55,393 nucleotides of DNA from a bacterium (GTDB taxonomy: Bacteria > Bdellovibrionota > FAC87 > UBA2466), in the NCBI GenBank assembly GCA_009927045.1, contig RFNT01000117.1, forward strand, positions 1 through 55,393, written 5' to 3'. Below, one piece after another: positions 10,052-16,942 of this stretch; positions within the stretch are counted from its first letter, which is position 1, and the number at the start of each line of letters is the position of its first letter. A program made the position numbers and the translations under genes. The notes below the pieces were generated by a model. The model saw only the letters and a program-made list of their open reading frames with translations. It was not told the DNA's origin and ran no database searches.

Positions 10052-10402
10052 ATGATTCAAATTACTTTTAAAAACTTGGAACGGTCTGAACTTGCTCAAG
10101 AGGCAGTGCAGGATCGTCTGCATGAGGCTTTAGAGCGCTTTCCGGACTTATCTCAGGCTAAGCTGCTTGTCACTCTTGCAATGGAGAACTCCCCTCGTCA
10201 AACCGGACCTGATCTGTTTCGAGTTAAATTGCGAGTCTCCGGCGGCAAGTACCATGGGGTTATTCTTGAAAAAGAAGCCTCTAGTTTGTATGCAGCCTTG
10301 GCGGAAGTGAACGAACATCTCTTGGAACGACTGAATCGGTTTGGTGATAAATTCCGAGTCAAGGCCAGAACACGAGAACGAAAACTTCTGATTTCTCAAT
10401 AA
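10052..10402 (+). CDS. HPF/RaiA-family ribosome-associated protein
   Basis: MIQITFKNLERSELAQEAVQDRL...SSLYAALAEVNEHLLERL matches the S30AE/HPF pattern. ATG 10052 preferred over GTG 10046. Confidence 0.75.
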   Translation: MIQITFKNLERSELAQEAVQDRLHEALERFPDLSQAKLLVTLAMENSPRQTGPDLFRVKLRVSGGKYHGVILEKEASSLYAALAEVNEHLLERLNRFGDKFRVKARTRERKLLISQ

Positions 10403-10553
10403 TCAGGGCTGACGGACATGCTCAAACTGTATTCACCCAAATTATTCAATAGTTTCCCGTGTATTCTCCACCACATTGAGAATACGACCAAATTTTCAGC
10501 TCTTTTCCGCTGAGTTCTTGTGGCCATTCTCAGCTAGCGAGAAGTGGCCTGTA

Positions 10554-10937
10554 TTATGCACTTTCTTCTGATAATTCTTGAACCTTTTGAAGAAACTCAT
10601 CCAGATCGATGGGCTTCTTTAGGATCACCGTATTTCCTTGCGCAATCGGCATTCTCTTTTCGGAGGTTGCACTGATGATTAAGGTGGGTAAGTCTTTGAA
10701 TTGATCTGAGTTATTTTTTTTATCAAGGAATTGCCACCCGTCCATAATGGGCATCATCAGGTCGAGGACGAGAACTGAAGGGCGGCTTTTCATGTGTACC
10801 AATAACTCCCAAGCTTCTTTACCGTTGCAAGCGGTATCCACATCATACCCCTCCAAACTTAAAGCCACTTTGAGTAGTTCTCGGATATCGGTATCGTCCT
10901 CAATCACTAAGAGTTTTTTTGATTTCTCGCTTCGCAT
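10554..10937 (-). CDS. Single-domain response regulator (receiver)
   Basis: LLVIEDD, LVLDLMMPIMDG, IISA, LKKPID; no output domain. Confidence 0.92.
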   Translation of the reverse strand: MRSEKSKKLLVIEDDTDIRELLKVALSLEGYDVDTACNGKEAWELLVHMKSRPSVLVLDLMMPIMDGWQFLDKKNNSDQFKDLPTLIISATSEKRMPIAQGNTVILKKPIDLDEFLQKVQELSEESA

Positions 10938-11010
10938 CTGTGGGTCTCAAAATAGCTCGCGTCTTGTTTTAGTAAAGCGAATTCCAAATTCTTTTTTTAA
11001 AGTGCGCTGG

Positions 11011-11043
11011 TTGCAAAATGAAAGATGGCCTTTCAGTTTGCAA
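11011..11043. promoter_or_regulatory. Putative enhancer (UAS) for a sigma-54 activator
   Basis: Inverted repeat TTGCAAAATGAAA-N7-TTTCAGTTTGCAA (12/13 match); each arm is a near-palindrome TTGCA-N3-TGCAA. Confidence 0.55.
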
Positions 11044-11085
11044 GATCTCAAACAACGAAATGATCGGTTCTGCTGCTCTGAGGTT

Positions 11086-11101
11086 GGGCACGGCTTGTGC
11101 A
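11086..11101 (+). promoter_or_regulatory. Sigma-54 (-24/-12) promoter
   Basis: GGGCACGGCTTGTGCA: GG(11087-88)-N10-GC(11099-100), close to TGGCACG-N4-TTGC. Confidence 0.6.
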
Positions 11102-11151
11102 CATCTGACTCCAGAACAAAAAAAACAACACTGCAGGGGGATTCTTTCGAG

Positions 11152-11382
11152 ATGACATCACCACATAAAAAAGACAAGCCAGTATGCCTCAATATTCTTT
11201 CGCACACGCTTAAAACACCCCTCACCAGTCTGAAGCTTGAGCTTCAACTCGCGCTGAGAAGACTGAGTGGGCAGGAAAAGCTTTCAGAGTCAGAGCATCA
11301 GTTAAAGGACTCGTTAGAGTTCTCACTTGAAAGAACCAATATTATGATCCAAATGATTTGTCTCGTTTTAGGGGAGGCCTGA
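11152..11382 (+). CDS. Stand-alone HisKA/DHp-domain small protein (76 aa)
   Basis: ILSHTLKTPLTSLKLELQLALRRL is an H-box helix with no ATPase or sensor domain. ATG 11152 follows CAGGGGG; the stop is 1 nt before the next ATG. Confidence 0.7.
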   Translation: MTSPHKKDKPVCLNILSHTLKTPLTSLKLELQLALRRLSGQEKLSESEHQLKDSLEFSLERTNIMIQMICLVLGEA

Positions 11383-11383
11383 T

Positions 11384-12784
11384 ATGCAAGTATTCATTAT
11401 CGATGACGAACCGGAAATTTCCCGCTCTATGGCACATATTATTGCACCCTTCAAGCTCCAGACGAGCTGTTTCAATCATACAGCGACTGTTTTATCAGCA
11501 ATGAAAGAGACCCCCCCTGATTTGGTCTTCTTGGATTACCGCCTAGGAAGTGAAAGTGGCCTGGCACTCATTCCACTCATTCTCCAAGAAAATCCTTCTG
11601 CCTATATCGTCATGATGACTGCTTTTGCTAGTTTTGAAGTCGCTCTTGAGGCCATGAAGTTAGGAGCTAAAGATTTTCTTAAAAAGCCGTTTTCGCTGGA
11701 GGAAGTAGAAATCATTGTGAAACGCTTCACCGAGCTTTCAAATCTGAAAAATCGTCTCAAGAATTTAGAAGAGGAATACGGGACGGATCAAATTCTTCTG
11801 GAATCGAAAAACCCGAAAGTGAAGGAACTGTTGAGGTTGGCAAAAAAGGCGGCTCAAAGTCAATCGGTAGTGCTCATCACCGGGGAAAGTGGTTCTGGTA
11901 AGACAGAGCTGGCGAAGGCCATCCACAGTTGGTCTTGCCGCCAACAGTTTCCTTTTGCGACCGTAGCCTGCCCTACATTAAGTGCTGACTTACTTGAGAG
12001 TGAACTGTTTGGACACGTCAAAGGGGCCTTTACAGGTGCAGTAGCCCACCATCAAGGACGTATTGCCAAGTGTGAGGGCGGAACGCTTTTTTTAGATGAA
12101 ATTGGAACCTTGCCACTCAGCCTGCAACCCAAACTGCTTAGATTCTTACAGGATTTTTCTTACGAACGGGTAGGAGATACCACAACTCATAAAGCAGACG
12201 TGCGTATTATTGCAGCGACGAATGCGGATTTGGCAAGTTTAGTCAGACAGGGAGTTTTTCGAGAGGACTTATTCTATCGGTTGAATGTGATTGAGCTCCA
12301 TTTACCGCCCTTGAGGGAGCGACCGGAGGACATCGAAGCGCTTTCACAGATTATTTTGCTCAAATTGTGCAAGAAACATGGGCGAGCCCCGATTCGCCTT
12401 ACTCAAACTGAACTGAGATCGCTTTCACAGCACCCGTGGCGTGGAAATATTCGGGAGCTCCATAACACTCTGGAGCGGGCCTTGATTTTTTCAAATGAAG
12501 GCGAGCCACTGCAAATTCATTATCAACCTTCTCTTCTCCCCACACAAAGCGCTCCCACAATTCAGGTTGGAGGTCCTCATACACTAGAAGAAGTTGAAAA
12601 GGCTCACATTGAAGCAACTCTCGCAAGGTTGGATAGCATCGAGGAGGTTTCACAAGCGTTAGGGATCAATCCCTCAACCCTCTGGCGAAAAAGAAAGACC
12701 TATGAAGAGCAAGCTAGATCCGTATTTCCTGGTGATGACTCCAAGGTGGGCACTCCCTCATCAGATCCGGGGACCATGCATTAA
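11384..12784 (+). CDS. Sigma-54-dependent response regulator (NtrC/AlgB-like bEBP)
   Basis: REC domain (IIDDE, FLDYR, KKPF), AAA+ domain (GESGSGKT, ESELFGHVKGAFTGA, TLFLDEIG, FREDLFYRLNV), Fis-type HTH (LGINPSTLWRKRK). Confidence 0.95.
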   Translation: MQVFIIDDEPEISRSMAHIIAPFKLQTSCFNHTATVLSAMKETPPDLVFLDYRLGSESGLALIPLILQENPSAYIVMMTAFASFEVALEAMKLGAKDFLKKPFSLEEVEIIVKRFTELSNLKNRLKNLEEEYGTDQILLESKNPKVKELLRLAKKAAQSQSVVLITGESGSGKTELAKAIHSWSCRQQFPFATVACPTLSADLLESELFGHVKGAFTGAVAHHQGRIAKCEGGTLFLDEIGTLPLSLQPKLLRFLQDFSYERVGDTTTHKADVRIIAATNADLASLVRQGVFREDLFYRLNVIELHLPPLRERPEDIEALSQIILLKLCKKHGRAPIRLTQTELRSLSQHPWRGNIRELHNTLERALIFSNEGEPLQIHYQPSLLPTQSAPTIQVGGPHTLEEVEKAHIEATLARLDSIEEVSQALGINPSTLWRKRKTYEEQARSVFPGDDSKVGTPSSDPGTMH

Positions 12785-13898
12785 CTGCATGCCACCAATA
12801 TTTCAGTACTGTGGCAATTCCCTCGGCTGCGTGACCATCCCCAAATGGGCTATTTCCTGTCCAAAACGGTTTTGAAGTGAATTCTCCTCGAAGAACAGCA
12901 TTTTGAAATTGAGAAATAATAGAATCCGCTTGAGTTCCCACTCGAGAGGCAAAGGGTGTTTCGAGTGCCTCTGGTCGTTCCGTATCTTCTCTCAGAACAA
13001 ACGTCCGAATTCCCAGTGAGGGCGCTTCTTCTTGTAAGCCACCGGAATCTGTCATCACGCAAGAGGCGTTTCGGAGGAGATACACCAGTTCACTGTAATC
13101 CAGGGGCGGAATAAGACTCACCCCCGCTTCCCCTTCTAGATTCTGATGCGCACTTTGAGAGACTAAAGGATTCGGGTGCACTGGGATCACAAATCGATAG
13201 TCCTTAAAATTCCGGGCTAAATATCGAATCGCCTGAAAAACACGGTCATGCGCCTCGCCAAAATTTTCCCGACGATGGGCTGTGACTAACACCAGTTTTT
13301 TGCCATTGAATAAAGGATCCAAGTGGGGAAACGATCGGTTTTTGAACCATTCCAACCTTAGTGCATCGATACTGGTATTCCCCGTAATGAAAGTGAACTT
13401 CTCCTCCACGCCTTCTCGCATCAGGTTTTTTCTGGAGCGTTCTGTGGGACAAAAGTGGAGATCGGCAAGGCATGAAAGCATTTTCCGATTCATTTCTTCC
13501 GGAAAAGGTGAAAAGTTTTTTCTAGTTCGCAGCCCTGCTTCGATATGGCCAATCGGAACCTTATGAAAAAAGGAGACCCAGGCTGCAACTACGGCAGAGA
13601 CGGTATCTCCCTGGACTAAGAGCAAATCCGGATTAAAATCCTGAAAAACATACGGTAATGCTCGCATGCATTCAGCAGAAATTGCTGAAAGGCTCTGGTT
13701 GGGCTGCATCAGGCCCAAATCCCAATCGGACTCCATTTCCAGATTTCTCAAGAGCTGATCCAACAAATCTCGATGTTGACCCGTCACACACACTTTTAGC
13801 TCAATCGAGTCCTCCTTTTTAAGAACGCGATAAAGAGGCGCTAGTTTGATGGCCTCGGGACGGGTACCCATCACCATCAGTACTCGAGCAGTGCGCAT
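12714..13898 (-). CDS. wecB: UDP-N-acetylglucosamine 2-epimerase (non-hydrolysing)
   Basis: GTRPEAIKLAP, TGQHR, VQGDT, HIEAGLRT, PFPEEMNR, TAHRREN, TDSGGLQEEA, TERPE. Start ATG 13898 behind GGAG. Confidence 0.95.
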   Translation of the reverse strand: MRTARVLMVMGTRPEAIKLAPLYRVLKKEDSIELKVCVTGQHRDLLDQLLRNLEMESDWDLGLMQPNQSLSAISAECMRALPYVFQDFNPDLLLVQGDTVSAVVAAWVSFFHKVPIGHIEAGLRTRKNFSPFPEEMNRKMLSCLADLHFCPTERSRKNLMREGVEEKFTFITGNTSIDALRLEWFKNRSFPHLDPLFNGKKLVLVTAHRRENFGEAHDRVFQAIRYLARNFKDYRFVIPVHPNPLVSQSAHQNLEGEAGVSLIPPLDYSELVYLLRNASCVMTDSGGLQEEAPSLGIRTFVLREDTERPEALETPFASRVGTQADSIISQFQNAVLRGEFTSKPFWTGNSPFGDGHAAEGIATVLKYWWHAVNAWSPDLMRECPPWSHHQEIRI

Positions 13899-13900
13899 TT

Positions 13901-15184
13901 TTAATTCTCCTCGATAAAATAATGTTTCACGACTGCTTCGGTTTGAGGTTTTCCAATGAAGCTGAATCCGGTGTCCAGTGGTCCGTGCAAATGAGGATCT
14001 ATTGAAAGATCCCAAAATACCACCCCCCGAAACCATTCCCACTTGGGTTTCCAAAAGGATTGAAGAAGCGCTTCATAGGCAGCTGCTTGATCCGAGATAT
14101 TGATAGGTCCCCTGTCCTCCCCGACATACCGGAACGGATTCACATAGCCTTTCGTCACACTTCTGAAGCCGACTTCCTTCAAAATAGCAACTTGTGGCTC
14201 CCCCACGACTGCTTCTATCTCAAAGAGCGCATTATCCAACTGAGAAGCATACCGATCCGATGCCTGTTTGAGGTCTTCAATGAGGTCACTCAGCCGCTCG
14301 GGCTTTTTTTGGTCTTCGGTGGCAAGCGATCGATACATATCGATGCCAATAGCATCGAGCCCCTTCCAGAATTCGACCAAGTTTTTCCAAACTTCTTTTT
14401 CTTTAGGATCAGTCCGATTGGCTAAATCTACGATCCGGTAGCGCCATCGAGCGAGTTCACCTCCAAACTCATCGATTCCCGACTCAGCGGCGATGATCTT
14501 GTCATCAGTGAAGTTGATGTCATACATAATCCTTGTCGTCGGGGGAAGCTTCGTACGGGCATAGGCCAGGAGCTTAACCCACTGAGCGGGGAATCCATGG
14601 GGGTACTCTTTCCACTGATCTTCAATGCCTACGGTCATTGAGTATAATTCAGCTCCGAGCGTAAACTCTTCAACTTTTGTCTGAGCTGAAAGTAAAAGAT
14701 AGATATCCAAATAGGTTTTAAAAGACTCAAACCAGGCATTTGGATTCACTGGCTGAATATTTCCATGCCACCACTCCTTTTTAGTTCCATCCGGTAGCAC
14801 TTCCACAAAAGGTGTCCGTCCATTGGAATCGACCACAAAAAAGATAGGACGCATCCCGACTGTCATTTCCTTGCCATGAATATACTGTATCAGCCGGGTG
14901 AGTCGTTTTCGTTCGTCGGATCGATTTTCTGGAGGAGTCATCGGCTTTAATTCGGAGTTTTTTGGATGCGTCATGATCGCTCTAGGAGTCAACACCAGGT
15001 GCCTCACTCCAGCCTGAAAGGCCCTATCCACCATTTCTTGAGCTGCTGTTTTACTCCCACCGTCGGCAGAAGCATCGAAAATATACCCATCTGCCTCTGT
15101 GAGGGTGGCACCCTTCACGAGGGGTATGTCCAGTGCGAATCCGATTGCGTGCACACCCAGGATGAAAAATAACATTGCTTTCAT
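13901..15184 (-). CDS. Secreted TIM-barrel glycoside hydrolase, GH113-like
   Basis: Signal peptide; WFESFKTY, FTLGAEL (acid/base Glu), LDAIGIDMY, ILKEVGFRS (nucleophile Glu), GVVFWD, GKP. Pattern of GH113 / clan GH-A. Confidence 0.7.
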   Translation of the reverse strand: MKAMLFFILGVHAIGFALDIPLVKGATLTEADGYIFDASADGGSKTAAQEMVDRAFQAGVRHLVLTPRAIMTHPKNSELKPMTPPENRSDERKRLTRLIQYIHGKEMTVGMRPIFFVVDSNGRTPFVEVLPDGTKKEWWHGNIQPVNPNAWFESFKTYLDIYLLLSAQTKVEEFTLGAELYSMTVGIEDQWKEYPHGFPAQWVKLLAYARTKLPPTTRIMYDINFTDDKIIAAESGIDEFGGELARWRYRIVDLANRTDPKEKEVWKNLVEFWKGLDAIGIDMYRSLATEDQKKPERLSDLIEDLKQASDRYASQLDNALFEIEAVVGEPQVAILKEVGFRSVTKGYVNPFRYVGEDRGPINISDQAAAYEALLQSFWKPKWEWFRGVVFWDLSIDPHLHGPLDTGFSFIGKPQTEAVVKHYFIEEN

Positions 15185-15187
15185 AGT

Positions 15188-16942
15188 TTACCTCTCTTGT
15201 TCTGAAAAAAGATTGACTGCGTAGATTGCTCCATAAACACTTTGAATGTACTGACCCTCAAACCGCTTCCCGGAATCAAAGAATTCTCCGCGAACATGCA
15301 CCCAACGTTGGCTCTCAAACATCCCTGAACTTAAATAGGCAACATTTCTCTTGGGATCGTAATAGCCATATTCCAGGTCCACACTCACTGGAATACTTTC
15401 TTTATAGGTAACTAATAGAGTCCCCTGCAGTCGCTGAGCCGTTTGGTAAATGACCAACCGAAATTTTACGTCTCGGCTTTCGCCGAGATAAACTCCGCTG
15501 ATATCGGAAATGGATGTGCGGTTTTCATCTGTAAAGGCAAGATAGGAACGTGTTTTTTTTCCTTCAATTGGCGAAGTAAGCTTTGAAGTAAAGAAGGTTC
15601 CCTGAATCCGCTTTTCCCCCGCTTCTGTGGTAATTACAAATCTCATAAAGAATACTTCGTTCACGGGATTAGAAAAGTTCGGGTCGGTCACTTCATAATG
15701 GACGGCCTCCCATTTTTTTTGTTTGCTATTGTAGAGCACATGAAAAAAGCTGAAATCAGCGGACACTTCTCCCCCGTATCGCACTGAAAGGCCCATAAAG
15801 AACTTACCGTTCCCGATGTGCACTAGATTGATCAAACCGGGTTTATCTCGTACCGTCACCTCATAAGAGCCCTCAATTTCCTCAGTCAGGCCAGCAACCA
15901 GCAAAGAAATTCGGCTAACAAACTTCTTCATTTCCTCAGCTGGTTGATTGAGGCCTAGCTTTTGATACTCCTCCATTAATCGATCAGATATTTCCCCAAG
16001 TAACATCAACTGAGATTCTGGAATCGGCTTATCTCGATACAGGGTGATTATAAAACTTCCTAGTTCGGTTATTTGGCTGGATAAAAGCGCTGGGATCAGC
16101 TCTTTGGCCAACGCAATATCAAAAACGTTTTCCTGCGTGAGAATCTTAGAGACAATCGTGATGATCAAATAACCGGGTGCCGTCAGCACATTAAATGGGA
16201 TGGTTTGATTCAGCGTTTTTAGGTTAGTCGATAAAACAATTCCCCATTGGAGAAAGGTTTCAAGTTCAGTGTGTTGGGTCGCTCTCAACACTTCTTCACT
16301 GAGAAATCCCACAATGGCTTGAATCGCCGTCATTGAGCGAACGCTCTTCATGATTCCTAACATTTGATCGGAGCTGATTTCATTTTTTATTTTGATCAGA
16401 CGCTGTACACTGCTCGCCTGTAATTGCTCAAATGCCTCCACGACATAGGCCTCACTTTTGAGATCGATGATTGCCGCCAAGCTAAAGCATGCCCGCTCAT
16501 ACCAATGGAGCAATCCCTCTCGGTCGGTTACGAGGACCAGTAATTTCAAGTGTTGGCCCGCAATCTGATAGCGCGTTGAGTTTTCACTCCAACTAAAAAA
16601 GTGACTTATGAATTCTGTGGGTTCCTGATCCAATCGAAGCCACTTGATGCCTTGCCGTGTGAGGACCCAGCCCAGTTTTTTCACAACCTGATTGGATATT
16701 TCATCCACACCATGGCTGACAGCAATCTTTTCCAACTCATTCAAAATTTGGATATAGGGAAAAAGTTGCTCTTTCGCGGTGAATGTTGGGGCAAATCGTT
16801 CAATATCTTGCACCACGACCAAAAAATCAGGCCGCCCTATTTTTGCCTTTTCCAGAAGGGCTTGGGGTGATGCAAGTTCATCACTGAACAAAGGAAGTGA
16901 AAGAATGGCTGCCGCTAGTGTAAGGACTTTCAAACTCTTCAT
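15188..16942 (-). CDS. Secreted hypothetical protein (helical N-terminal part, beta-rich C-terminal part)
   Basis: 584-aa ORF; ATG 16942 overlaps the upstream stop (ATGA); signal peptide MKSLKVLTLAAAILSLPLFS; no family recognised. Confidence 0.8.
   Translation of the reverse strand: MKSLKVLTLAAAILSLPLFSDELASPQALLEKAKIGRPDFLVVVQDIERFAPTFTAKEQLFPYIQILNELEKIAVSHGVDEISNQVVKKLGWVLTRQGIKWLRLDQEPTEFISHFFSWSENSTRYQIAGQHLKLLVLVTDREGLLHWYERACFSLAAIIDLKSEAYVVEAFEQLQASSVQRLIKIKNEISSDQMLGIMKSVRSMTAIQAIVGFLSEEVLRATQHTELETFLQWGIVLSTNLKTLNQTIPFNVLTAPGYLIITIVSKILTQENVFDIALAKELIPALLSSQITELGSFIITLYRDKPIPESQLMLLGEISDRLMEEYQKLGLNQPAEEMKKFVSRISLLVAGLTEEIEGSYEVTVRDKPGLINLVHIGNGKFFMGLSVRYGGEVSADFSFFHVLYNSKQKKWEAVHYEVTDPNFSNPVNEVFFMRFVITTEAGEKRIQGTFFTSKLTSPIEGKKTRSYLAFTDENRTSISDISGVYLGESRDVKFRLVIYQTAQRLQGTLLVTYKESIPVSVDLEYGYYDPKRNVAYLSSGMFESQRWVHVRGEFFDSGKRFEGQYIQSVYGAIYAVNLFSEQER

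Noticed and set aside
10747-11151. N-terminal extension giving a 211-aa kinase-like protein
   Set aside because: It overlaps the opposite-strand receiver gene and the sigma-54 control region; only the part from ATG 11152 looks like protein.
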